Shown piece by piece: positions 1 through 8,874 of a stretch of DNA of 64,000 bases. Each line of letters starts with the position of its first letter. Position 1 is the stretch's first letter. Source of the stretch: Candidatus Bathyarchaeota archaeon (lineage in GTDB: Archaea > Thermoproteota > Bathyarchaeia > Bathyarchaeales > Bathycorpusculaceae); assembly GCA_963767735.1 (NCBI GenBank), contig CAVYES010000002.1, forward strand, positions 192,001 to 256,000, written 5' to 3'. The notes beneath the pieces are model-generated. The model did not search any database. It saw only the letters and a program-made list of their open reading frames with translations, and was not told the DNA's origin. A program made the translations under genes and the position numbers.

Positions 1-663
1 GGCGCCAAACTGGTTTTAGTCGCCCGCTCAAAAGACAAACTTGAGCAGCTTGCCGCTGAACTGCCTGAAGCAATTGCCGTTAGGGCAGACATTTCTAAGG
101 CTGAAGATGTTAAGAACATGGTTAAGCAGGCGTATGAGCACTTTGGACAGATTGATATTCTCGTTAATAACGCAGGTCAGGGATACGATGTGCCGGTTGA
201 GAAAACGGACATTGAAATTTTCCATTACATTTTTGATTTAGATGTGGTGGGTCCACTGGTTGCCATGAAAGAAGCTATTCCACTTATGCGGCGTCAAGGC
301 AGGGGAACAATTGTCAACGTGAGTTCAGGAACAGCCCTAATGCAATTGCCTGATAACGGTCCATATTCAGCCTTAAAACGCGCGTTGGCTCAAATCAGCT
401 TAACTGCGAGAATAGAGCTGGCAAAAGACAACATCGTTGTCAGCGTCGTTTACCCCTACATTACGCTTACCGACTTCGAAAAAAACACCATCAAAGATGC
501 TTTACTGCAAAGGCAAGAAGAAGAATCGCCAGAAGCACGAGAAGCATTTAGTAAAGCTGACCCGCCTGAGTACACGGCGCAGCGAATCGTTGCGGGCATC
601 GAAAGTGGAGAAGCCGAAATCTATGGGCACGACTGGATGAAGCCTGCTCCAAAACCACGTTAG
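1..663 (+). CDS. SDR family oxidoreductase, 5' end outside window
   Basis: Frame open from base 1 (GAKLVLVARS...); NNAG, NVSS and YSALK (YxxxK) motifs. Confidence 0.9.
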   Translation, partial: GAKLVLVARSKDKLEQLAAELPEAIAVRADISKAEDVKNMVKQAYEHFGQIDILVNNAGQGYDVPVEKTDIEIFHYIFDLDVVGPLVAMKEAIPLMRRQGRGTIVNVSSGTALMQLPDNGPYSALKRALAQISLTARIELAKDNIVVSVVYPYITLTDFEKNTIKDALLQRQEEESPEAREAFSKADPPEYTAQRIVAGIESGEAEIYGHDWMKPAPKPR

Positions 664-664
664 G

Positions 665-1072
665 CTAAGAATTTTTTCTTACATGCGGCACTAAAAGATA
701 AGTTATCACCACTATACTGTATCCTATTTCGGTGGGTGCGGCAAACTTTGGGATTCCCGGAATGCTGGGCAAATTCGCAACCGTTAAGGCGTCTACGGCA
801 GTAACGAATGAGGAAACTGCTATGGTGCCTATCCATCCTGATTTTTTGCCTTGCCAAATAAACATGGCGAAAACCATCACGAGCAAGCCGAAAACCAGAG
901 TGTAAACGTTATAAGCTTCTGTCGCCTGCAAAATTGATGCTCCAAAGATAAGAAGCAGAGCCCCGATGAGAACATGAATGGCTCCAATAAACAGCTGCGC
1001 AACAGTTAAAACAAGTATGCCTATGCTTCTGCCCTTGTAAGTGACCGTTACTGGATTACGCTTGCTACTCAT
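665..1072 (-). CDS. Small multi-pass membrane protein
   Basis: 135 aa with about four hydrophobic segments. Confidence 0.7.
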   Translation of the reverse strand: MSSKRNPVTVTYKGRSIGILVLTVAQLFIGAIHVLIGALLLIFGASILQATEAYNVYTLVFGLLVMVFAMFIWQGKKSGWIGTIAVSSFVTAVDALTVANLPSIPGIPKFAAPTEIGYSIVVITYLLVPHVRKNS

Positions 1073-1119
1073 TCAATGCACAGCCAAATACCCGATTACT
1101 CAGGTCTAAAAAATGGGCG

Positions 1120-1455
1120 TTAGCTGGCCATTAATTTGGATAAGGTTGCCACAAGCACTTCAATGCGTTCTCCTGTTCTGCCGTAATCTGCCACTGAAGT
1201 AATCGTGGTTACAGGAGTCTCTCCTGAAATAGTCATCTTTGTTGTTTTTTCATCCACCTTTGACAAAGTTACTGTAAGCTTTGAAGGGTAGGCCAAGAAG
1301 GCCCCTTTAGTTTTAATCTTAACCGTATGAGTCTCTTCGTTTGATTCTGTTATTGTCCATTCAATCTTAGCGACTGCTTTTGGAATAGCCTCCCAGACAG
1401 CATTAAGCGGATATGAGACTTCCAGATTCTCTTTTTCCTCACGCAAATAGGCCAT
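1120..1455 (-). CDS. Hypothetical protein (possible helix-grip fold)
   Basis: 111-aa ORF with GGTGA SD upstream; no recognisable motif. Confidence 0.7.
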   Translation of the reverse strand: MAYLREEKENLEVSYPLNAVWEAIPKAVAKIEWTITESNEETHTVKIKTKGAFLAYPSKLTVTLSKVDEKTTKMTISGETPVTTITSVADYGRTGERIEVLVATLSKLMAS

Positions 1456-1717
1456 TTTTCTTCACCATTCTTAAGCATAACTTTTTATTAAAGACGCATG
1501 GTATCACCCCGAAATTTTCGTCATCCGAAGTGGATCCTGAAACATCATCGCCTGAATTTGCCAAAAAATGAAGAGCATGATGCCTTGGTTAATGCAGCTT
1601 TTTATTCCATGGGCATGTTACAAAAGCAGATTGGCTTTTTACCCAAAAGAGTCTTATGGTAGCAACTCAAGATGTTATGAAACCAAGCGCTTTAAAAAAA
1701 GTGGCAAGTGCCTAAGC

Positions 1718-2425
1718 ATGGAACTGTCAATTGTAATTCCCGCCTATAATGAGGAAAAGAGAATTAAATGCACTTTGCAAAGCTTGGTTGACCGATTCAA
1801 TGGGTCATGTGAAATTCTAATTGTGTCTGAAAGCATTGATAAAACCAATGATATCGTAACTGAATTCTCCAAGAAATCGGGCGTCATTAAGTTAATAACT
1901 TCAAACAGACGGCTCGGGAAAGGGGGCGCTTTCAAAAAGGGCGTAGAGAACGCGCATGGTAAAATTGTGATGCTTCTTGACTCAGACCTTCCGGTGCCCA
2001 TATCGGATGTTGAGAAAGTAGTTTCATGCGTGAGAGCGGTTGATGTTGCTGTTGCTTCAAGAGAGGTCGAGGGAACAAAGATTTTGGTTTATCCTCCGCT
2101 TGCAAGAGTATTCGCCGGCAAAGCTTTCTCCCACATATTCAATGCCATGTTCAATCTTAACGTGAAAGACACGCAATGTGGCTGTAAAGCCTTCAAAAAA
2201 GAGGTCTTAGAAAACGTTCTCTATACCGTCGAAAGCAATGGCTTCGAGTTTGACGCAGAACTTTTATTCAAATGCAAAAAAATGGGCTACAAAATTAAAG
2301 AGATACCCGTAACATGGAGTTATAAGCCAGATTCAAAGCTTAACCTCTTTAACGACACAATAAAGATGGGGCGGGGGGTTCTCAAATTATGGGTGAAAAC
2401 TTACATAGCCACGCAGAAGACTTAG
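1718..2425 (+). CDS. GT2 glycosyltransferase, dolichyl-phosphate glucose/mannose synthase-like
   Basis: MELSIVIPAYNEE, GKGGA, LDSD, DTQCGCKAF, FEFDAELL; start moved to ATG 1718. Confidence 0.9.
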   Translation: MELSIVIPAYNEEKRIKCTLQSLVDRFNGSCEILIVSESIDKTNDIVTEFSKKSGVIKLITSNRRLGKGGAFKKGVENAHGKIVMLLDSDLPVPISDVEKVVSCVRAVDVAVASREVEGTKILVYPPLARVFAGKAFSHIFNAMFNLNVKDTQCGCKAFKKEVLENVLYTVESNGFEFDAELLFKCKKMGYKIKEIPVTWSYKPDSKLNLFNDTIKMGRGVLKLWVKTYIATQKT

Positions 2426-3156
2426 AACGCATTGAAGAATCCGACTTCTGGAGCAAAGTCAAAGCCAAGCTGATCCTACGTTTAGTTGAAGGCAAACATG
2501 TCTTTGACGTTGGCTGCGGCTCGGGTCGCCTCTCAAAGATACTTTTGGACCAAGGCTTCACTGTGGTGGCAATCGATACCGACCCCAAAGCGGTTGAAAT
2601 CGCCCAAAAAAAGAAGATTACCGCTTATGTATCAGACATTAGTGACTGGGGCGGGGAGGACAAATTTGACTGCATAATCCTCGGCGACGTACTTGAACAC
2701 ATCCAAGATGACAAAGCCGCCATGCACAAGATTCACGGCATGCTAATGCCCAACGGCTGCATTGTAGTTAATGTGCCCGCTTACCAAGCCTTGTTCAGTA
2801 AACATGACTCCGCTTTGGGGCATAAACGGCGCTACTCCAACAAGGAACTAAAAGGTAAACTGCGAGATTCAGGTTTCAAAATTGAGTATTTTAGGCATTG
2901 GAACTTGCTGGCGCTGCCAATCACTGTTGGAATTAAACTTTCCCGAAAAGATTACCCCCATGAAGAGGTAGCCAACAACAAATTCTTATCTGGACTGCTT
3001 GAAAAATGGCTAATAGTTGAGTCAAAAATAAACTATTTGTTCGGAATTTCTATTTTATGCAAGGCACGAAAAGTTGAGTTAAACGCCTCAAATCCTTCGC
3101 CTAATCAATCTGTACTGGCGCTGCAGCGTAAGCGTCAACGGCACCTGTCGTCCTAA
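2389..3156 (+). CDS. Class I SAM-dependent methyltransferase
   Basis: DVGCGSG, DVLEHI, VPAYQALFSKHD..GHKRRY. Confidence 0.85.
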   Translation: MGENLHSHAEDLERIEESDFWSKVKAKLILRLVEGKHVFDVGCGSGRLSKILLDQGFTVVAIDTDPKAVEIAQKKKITAYVSDISDWGGEDKFDCIILGDVLEHIQDDKAAMHKIHGMLMPNGCIVVNVPAYQALFSKHDSALGHKRRYSNKELKGKLRDSGFKIEYFRHWNLLALPITVGIKLSRKDYPHEEVANNKFLSGLLEKWLIVESKINYLFGISILCKARKVELNASNPSPNQSVLALQRKRQRHLSS

Positions 3157-3732
3157 AGGTTGGCATTTCCCGCTTACAATTGCTTTTGCTATTGCGTCAA
3201 CGTTGGGTTCGCAGTCTATTGCCGTGTAGCCGTAGCCGATGGTTGGGCCGAAATGAGCGTCGGTCCCAGCGACTTGGGGAAGTTTAAGCTTCTGAGCTGC
3301 AGCTGTTGCTTTTTGTTTGTTGCGTCCAAATGGAAAAGCGGAGGCGTTCAAGGTTTCTATGGCGTCAAATTGGGCTTCCTCAACATGGCGCCCTAAGCTG
3401 CCTTTTAACCAAGCGTAAGGGTGAACTGCAATAGCTATCCCGCCTGCCTCATGGATTTTGTCAACTGTTTCCCTTGCGCTTAAGCCTCTCGGAATCAACT
3501 TTTGAAGGTTCAATGCAACTATGTGGCCGTCGGCGCTTGAAACCTCCATGCCTGGAATAACAAGAAAATCGGTTTCTTTTGCTATTTTTAAGCTGCCTTC
3601 AATTTGATTATGATCCGTCACGGCTACCGCGTTCAAGCCGCTTTTTTTGGCGTAAAAGATGAGTTCTTTTGGAGTTATCAGCGAATCTTTGGAGTAGTTG
3701 CTGTGAACATGTAAGTCGGCGTTGATTTGCAT
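3088..3732 (-). CDS. PHP-domain phosphoesterase
   Basis: DLHVHS, VTDHN, HP, GTDAH motifs. Confidence 0.9.
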   Translation of the reverse strand: MQINADLHVHSNYSKDSLITPKELIFYAKKSGLNAVAVTDHNQIEGSLKIAKETDFLVIPGMEVSSADGHIVALNLQKLIPRGLSARETVDKIHEAGGIAIAVHPYAWLKGSLGRHVEEAQFDAIETLNASAFPFGRNKQKATAAAQKLKLPQVAGTDAHFGPTIGYGYTAIDCEPNVDAIAKAIVSGKCQPLGRQVPLTLTLQRQYRLIRRRI

Positions 3733-3748
3733 TGATTATCCTCCGATC

Positions 3749-5464
3749 TTATTTTGGCTGGTTTGCCGTTTTAGCTCTAATCTGAGCCAACTGTTCATCT
3801 AGTTTTGCTTCGTCAGATTCGATTTTGTGGAATAGCGGTTTTGGTTTAGCTATTTTATGCCCAGCTTCAAGTGGTTTTAATGCTTCGTTCCAGTTGCTTT
3901 CGTTGACGTGCCCTGGGAGGCTGAGTGTTTGCCAAAGCTGCTCCGCCGTGTCCGGCATGAACGGCGCCGAAACCACCGCGATAGCTTTTACCACTTGGGT
4001 GGCTACATAGAATATGGTTGCTGCTTTTTCCTTATCGGTTTTCATTAGGTTCCACGGTTCTTTTTCGTTTAGGTACTGGTTTCCAATACGGCTTATTGAG
4101 ATTAGCGTGTTGGCGGCAGACTGAAGCCATGAGCTTTCGATTTCTTGGGCTGCAACTTGCACTTTCGATTTGATTACCTGTAACACGGCTTCGTCGCTGC
4201 TGTCTAATTTGGTTGGGTTTGGAATTTCGCTGTCAAATTTTGAAGCAATAAAACTTAAGGTTCGATGAATAAAGTTGCCGAAGGTGTCGTTTAAGTCAGC
4301 GTTGATTTTGTCTATAAAAGCGCTCCATGTGAAGTTGGTGTCTTTGCTTTCGGGTCTTGTAGCGATTAAGAAGAACCGCCAGTAATCCACTGGAAACATC
4401 TCAAGTGCTTCATCAATCCAGATGCCGACGCGTTGGCTTTTTGAAGCTTTTTGCCCCTTGAACTGCAAGAACTCGGTGGCGGAAACGTTCCACGGCAAAT
4501 TATAGCCTTCGCCAGAAGCCAACAGCAACGCCGGTAAAATAATGGTGTGGAATGGGATGTTGTCTTTGCCGACGAAGTAGAGAGTTTTGGCTTGATTGTT
4601 AAACCAGAATTCGCGCCATTTTTCTGGCTGTCCCATGCGTTGGCATTGCTCGATGGTTGCTGAAACGTAGCCTAAAACGGCGTCGACCCAAACATAGACT
4701 GTTTTGCCTTCTGCGCCCTTGAAAGGTGCTGGGATGCCCCATTCGACGTCGCGGGTGACGGCTCGCGGTTTTAAGCCTTCTTTTATCCAGTTTAAACTGA
4801 AGTTTTTAACGTTGACTGGAAGCTGCTGATTACCCTGCAGATACTCTGTTAATGGTTCAGAAAGCTTTGAGAGGTCGATGTACCAGTGGCGCGTAGTTTT
4901 CACTGTGGGTTTATTTTTGCAGATTACGCAGTACGGCTCAACCAGCATTGTTGGCTCCAAGAGCCTGCCGCACATGTCGCATTGGTCTCCACGAGCTTTT
5001 TCGCAACCACAATAGGGGCATTTGCCTTCCACGAAGCGGTCAGGTAAGAAACGCTGGTCATGTTCGCAGTAGAGCATCTGTGTCTCTTGCTCGAAAATGT
5101 AACCGTTCTTTTGTATTTCCAGCAGGGTTTTTTGGACGAATTCTTTGTGCACTGGGCTCTCCGTGCTGGTGTAGTTGTCAAAGGAAGCGCCCCACTTGCG
5201 GAAGAGTTCGGCTACGAGGGTGTGGTTTCGGTCAGTTAACGCTTTAGGCGTGATGCCTTGCTTTATCGCTTCAACCTCGATGGGTGTGCCATGTGTATCT
5301 GAACCGCTTACCATCAACACGTCGTCGCCACGTAACCTGTAGTATCTTGCTGTCACGTCGGCTGATAGGACTGAGCCGACAAGGTTACCCAAATGAGGCG
5401 TGACATTGATGTATGGCCAAGCGGACGTAACTAAAACCTTTTCAGGCAAATGAATCTCCAACAA
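3749..5464 (-). CDS. metG: Methionyl-tRNA synthetase (short form, no C-terminal OB domain)
   Basis: SAWPY, HLGN, Zn knuckles, YVWVDA, GKDNIPFH, KASKS; exact start uncertain. Confidence 0.95.
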   Translation of the reverse strand: MLEIHLPEKVLVTSAWPYINVTPHLGNLVGSVLSADVTARYYRLRGDDVLMVSGSDTHGTPIEVEAIKQGITPKALTDRNHTLVAELFRKWGASFDNYTSTESPVHKEFVQKTLLEIQKNGYIFEQETQMLYCEHDQRFLPDRFVEGKCPYCGCEKARGDQCDMCGRLLEPTMLVEPYCVICKNKPTVKTTRHWYIDLSKLSEPLTEYLQGNQQLPVNVKNFSLNWIKEGLKPRAVTRDVEWGIPAPFKGAEGKTVYVWVDAVLGYVSATIEQCQRMGQPEKWREFWFNNQAKTLYFVGKDNIPFHTIILPALLLASGEGYNLPWNVSATEFLQFKGQKASKSQRVGIWIDEALEMFPVDYWRFFLIATRPESKDTNFTWSAFIDKINADLNDTFGNFIHRTLSFIASKFDSEIPNPTKLDSSDEAVLQVIKSKVQVAAQEIESSWLQSAANTLISISRIGNQYLNEKEPWNLMKTDKEKAATIFYVATQVVKAIAVVSAPFMPDTAEQLWQTLSLPGHVNESNWNEALKPLEAGHKIAKPKPLFHKIESDEAKLDEQLAQIRAKTANQPK

Positions 5465-5624
5465 CCGTTTAGTAGCGCCCTTATTTAAAATTACTAGTAC
5501 CCAATTATAACCAAATCCAACATCGCAAAATAAGAGAAAACTTTGGGATCTGTCTCTAATTTTTGTTTGTAATCGTTGGGCAGAACATCAATGGTTGTGT
5601 TGCCGTTTGATGGGGCTGTAATGG

Positions 5625-5720
5625 GTTGTTTTTTTGATTTTAAGCTTGAATCGGTTGCAGGTTGTGTGCATATTTGTGTTGGTTTGTGCTGAATTGTGTG
5701 GATTTGTGTGGAATTGTATG
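5625..5720 (+). repeat. Leader + 10-bp tandem array A1 (about 5 units, GA(A/T)TTGTGTG)
   Basis: Leader gttgtttttttgattttaagcttgaatcggttgcaggttgtg, then tatttgtgtt ggtttgtgct gaattgtgtg gatttgtgtg gaattgtatg. Confidence 0.8.
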
Positions 5721-5777
5721 GATTATTGAAGAGCCGCTCTGAGTAGGTTGCGGCAAATTTTGAACAAGCCGTTCTAA

Positions 5778-5900
5778 GTTGCTTTTCTGGTTTAGGCGTT
5801 GAAACGTTTGCAGGTTGAGTGTTTTCGCGTTGTTCTGCGTGTTTCTGCGTTGTTTTGCGTGTTTCTGGGTGTTTCTGCGTTTTATCGCGTTGGTTCGCGT
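5778..5900 (+). repeat. Leader + 10-bp tandem array A2 (8 units, GTTTCTGCGT)
   Basis: Leader gttgcttttctggtttaggcgttgaaacgtttgcaggttgag, then eight 10-mers at 5821-5900. Confidence 0.9.
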
Positions 5901-6118
5901 TTCTAAAGGCTTAAGTTTAGGTTAGTTGATGGTTCTGAAGGTCAGCCTTTTAACGGTTGCTTCAATTAGAAACCGGCGTTTACAAACTTTAAATGGGCAA
6001 AAGTTCACGTTCAAGGCAGCTAGAACCTCAAGGTACCACCAAAATATTTAGAGACAGAGCCAAAATTTTGGTAAGACTTAAATTTTTCAAGTTGCAGTAC
6101 CCGTAGATTGAGGTTAAA

Positions 6119-6457
6119 TTGGATTTGCCTTACTGCCGAATTTGCGGAACGAAAATGGAAGAAAACGCTCATTTCTGCCACAGATGCGGAACGCCAGTCG
6201 CCACTTTTATGCCTGCCCCTCAAGCAAAGCCAATGGAGAAAAACTCGTTTCTGGTGCCAGTCATTATTTTGATAATCGTAGTGATTGTCGCAGTAATTGT
6301 AGGCGTCGTCGCTTTTTGGACGTTTTACTCAAGTTTTAACCAAGCAAACGGAGCAAACCAAGGCAACTTTAGTCAATTAAGCTTCATTTTTCATGACGAA
6401 GCGGCAAAAGTAACTGCGATAGCTCAAAACTTGATAGGCAAATCGAACCTTCAATAA
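6119..6457 (+). CDS. Zinc-ribbon membrane protein, possibly truncated
   Basis: YCRICG...FCHRCGT double Zn ribbon plus one TM helix. Confidence 0.75.
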   Translation: MDLPYCRICGTKMEENAHFCHRCGTPVATFMPAPQAKPMEKNSFLVPVIILIIVVIVAVIVGVVAFWTFYSSFNQANGANQGNFSQLSFIFHDEAAKVTAIAQNLIGKSNLQ

Positions 6458-6558
6458 TTCATTAAGGGTAGCAACATACGAGTCCTCAATTTCTCCAAAC
6501 ATAAAAAATTAAGCGTAAACATTTTAAATACACACTCTTGCACCTTAGTATATAAGAA

Positions 6559-6807
6559 GTGATTTCTATGTCTGAACTAAAAAAGGTTACAAAGCAAGAG
6601 CTAGAAGAAAATAACGGAAAAAATGGTAAACCAGCCTACATAGTATACAAAGGAAAAGTCTACGACGTCACGGAAAGCAGTTTCTGGATCGATGGAGACC
6701 ATTTGGGCATGCATCAAGCAGGCAAAGACTTAACTGAAGAATTAGAGATGGCTCCGCATAAGGACGAAAATTTACAGAGAGTAAAGCTGGTAGGCGAATT
6801 AGTCTAA
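6559..6807 (+). CDS. Cytochrome b5-like heme/steroid-binding protein
   Basis: GKVYDVT, HQAGKDLT, APH. Confidence 0.85.
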   Translation: MISMSELKKVTKQELEENNGKNGKPAYIVYKGKVYDVTESSFWIDGDHLGMHQAGKDLTEELEMAPHKDENLQRVKLVGELV

Positions 6808-6902
6808 GCGTTACGTGTGATTAATTAAAAAAGTAGTTTTTAAACGCTAATATCTTGAGGATATCAACTTTTTGTGTTTCTAAATGTTTCGTCGGCTAAG
6901 TG

Positions 6903-7214
6903 TTAGGCTATGTGAGCTGCGCAATCACGCATAGCATCAAAGACCGGAAGAAATGCTTTCCCCTTCTCAGTTAACGAATACTCAACCCTTGGAGGAACCT
7001 CGGGGAAAACAACTCTTTTTATGACTCCATTTTTTTCCAGCTCTCTGAGGTGTTTTGTGACGGTTTTTGAGTTAACGTCACCCATATTTTTCTGGAGCGC
7101 AGTAAATCTCAGCGTCTGATCTCTAAGGTTCCAAATGATAAACAGATTCCATTTGCTTCCGACGATTTCTACGACAGTTTTAAACTGTGCATGTACTTTA
7201 TTTTCAGATTCCAA
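6903..7214 (-). CDS. HxlR/DUF24 winged-helix regulator
   Basis: GSKW, LRELE, EVPPRVEYSLTEKG. Confidence 0.9.
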   Translation of the reverse strand: MESENKVHAQFKTVVEIVGSKWNLFIIWNLRDQTLRFTALQKNMGDVNSKTVTKHLRELEKNGVIKRVVFPEVPPRVEYSLTEKGKAFLPVFDAMRDCAAHIA

Positions 7215-7335
7215 GCCAATCTGCCTTTAGTTACTTATTGGAAATAATATTACTATTGTGCTTCTGACGTATTTTAATATTGCTGGTAGATAAAATGATT
7301 GTGTCTAAAGAGACGAGACGGATAGTGATGTAAAA

Positions 7336-8022
7336 ATGAAGGTTTTAGCGATAAACGGCAGCGCCAGAAAACAATGGAACACAGCAATTCTTCTGAACAA
7401 AGCCCTTGAAGGTGCAGCGTCGAAAGGAGCCCAGACAGAACTCATTCACCTATACGACCTTAATTTCAAAGGATGCACAAGCTGCTATGAGTGCAAGCTA
7501 AAGAATGGAGCATCATTCGGCAGATGTTCCCTTAAGGATGAATTATCAGTTGTGCTTGGCAAGATAGAAGCGGCAGATGCGTTAATTCTCGGAGCGCCCT
7601 TTTATCTGGGAACGATACCTGGCGTAATGAAGTCGTTTCTGGAGCGTTTGGCAACCCCTTATCTTGTTTTAGACGCCGATGATGAGCTGGTTTCCCTCTT
7701 CCCGAGGCAGATACAGACTGGATTCATTCATACCGCGGGAGGCGACGCAAACCATCTGAAAGCTATGAGAGTTGAAAACCACATTAGAAACAATGAGATG
7801 ACCCTGAAAATGATTTTTGGGTCGGTGGAATCCCTCGTAGTTACGGATACGCTTCACGTTGACGACTACTCAAAGTATGTTATGCCTTTTGACGCTGAAG
7901 AAAAAATGAAGAAGCGCAAGGAAGAGTTTCCTCTGGACTGCGAGAAAGCGTTTGAGATGGGCGCTAGACTTACTCAAGAAAAGTCGATCCCGACTGAAGA
8001 AGGCGGTTTACATGAGCGTTGA
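7336..8022 (+). CDS. Iron-sulfur flavoprotein / NADPH-FMN reductase family flavodoxin
   Basis: INGSARKQWNT, GCTSCYEC..C motif; divergent from HxlR. Confidence 0.85.
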   Translation: MKVLAINGSARKQWNTAILLNKALEGAASKGAQTELIHLYDLNFKGCTSCYECKLKNGASFGRCSLKDELSVVLGKIEAADALILGAPFYLGTIPGVMKSFLERLATPYLVLDADDELVSLFPRQIQTGFIHTAGGDANHLKAMRVENHIRNNEMTLKMIFGSVESLVVTDTLHVDDYSKYVMPFDAEEKMKKRKEEFPLDCEKAFEMGARLTQEKSIPTEEGGLHER

Positions 8023-8863
8023 TATCTACTATTTTTCAGGCACCGGCAACTCATTAGTTGTTGCCAGAGATATTGTAGAAAAAACCAATGGAAAACTAAT
8101 AGCAATACCTTCCGTCATGAATAAAGACAAAATAAGAACAGATGCCGAGGCGATTGGAGTTATTTTTCCCGTTCACGGAATTTTCCGCATTCCATCCATA
8201 GTTGAAAGATTTGTTGGGAAGCTAGACAATGCCAATTCAAAGTACATTTTTGCGGTCACCACATATGGAAGTATGGCTGGCGGAGCTGTCAAAAGTTTTC
8301 GCAAAGTGGTCGAATCTCGCGGCGGCAAACTTTCAGCAGGATTCGCAGTACATATGCCGATGAACAACATCACCATACCCTTCATGTACAGTGGAACAGT
8401 TGGAGATAAAGAACAAAAGTTATTCGCACACTGGCGTAAAGAAAGCGGGGTTATTTATGAATACATAAACGTTCGGAAAGAAGGCAAATTTGAAGCCACC
8501 AGCAAGTTGCTCATTTCTTTGTTTTACCCGATTGATAAAATATTTGCGCGATGGCGAATTGAAAGCAAATACAATAAACTTACAAATTCTAATCTAAACA
8601 AAGATGATCTTTGGCCTATGATGGATGTCAGCTTCCATTCTGACGAGAAATGCAACGGCTGCGGAATTTGCTCAAGAATTTGTCCCGTGAAGAACATAAA
8701 AATGGTTGATGGCACGCCTTCGTGGCAGCATCACTGCGAGCGGTGCATGGCGTGTTTGCAGTGGTGTCCGAAGGAGGCTATACAATTTGATAAGGATTCG
8801 ATTGGCAGGAAACGGTATCATCACCCAGATGTAGACCTTTCTGATATGATAAGGCAAAATTAA
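8012..8863 (+). CDS. EFR1-type flavodoxin-ferredoxin fusion
   Basis: YFSGTGNS; two CxxCxxCxxxCP motifs; RYHHP. Confidence 0.9.
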   Translation: MSVDIYYFSGTGNSLVVARDIVEKTNGKLIAIPSVMNKDKIRTDAEAIGVIFPVHGIFRIPSIVERFVGKLDNANSKYIFAVTTYGSMAGGAVKSFRKVVESRGGKLSAGFAVHMPMNNITIPFMYSGTVGDKEQKLFAHWRKESGVIYEYINVRKEGKFEATSKLLISLFYPIDKIFARWRIESKYNKLTNSNLNKDDLWPMMDVSFHSDEKCNGCGICSRICPVKNIKMVDGTPSWQHHCERCMACLQWCPKEAIQFDKDSIGRKRYHHPDVDLSDMIRQN

Positions 8864-8874
8864 ACGAATCTCTT

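Larger units (their letters stand above)
5546..6061. mobile_element. MITE-like non-autonomous element, 516 bp
   Basis: 14-bp TIRs GGATCTGTCTCTAA (5546-5559) and reverse complement of GGCTCTGTCTCTAA (6048-6061), 13/14 match; flanking direct repeats aaaactttg (5537-5545) and aaaattttg (6062-6070); no credible ORF. Confidence 0.7.

Noticed and set aside
5671-5900. CRISPR array
   Set aside because: Contiguous 10-bp units without spacers; no cas genes in the window.
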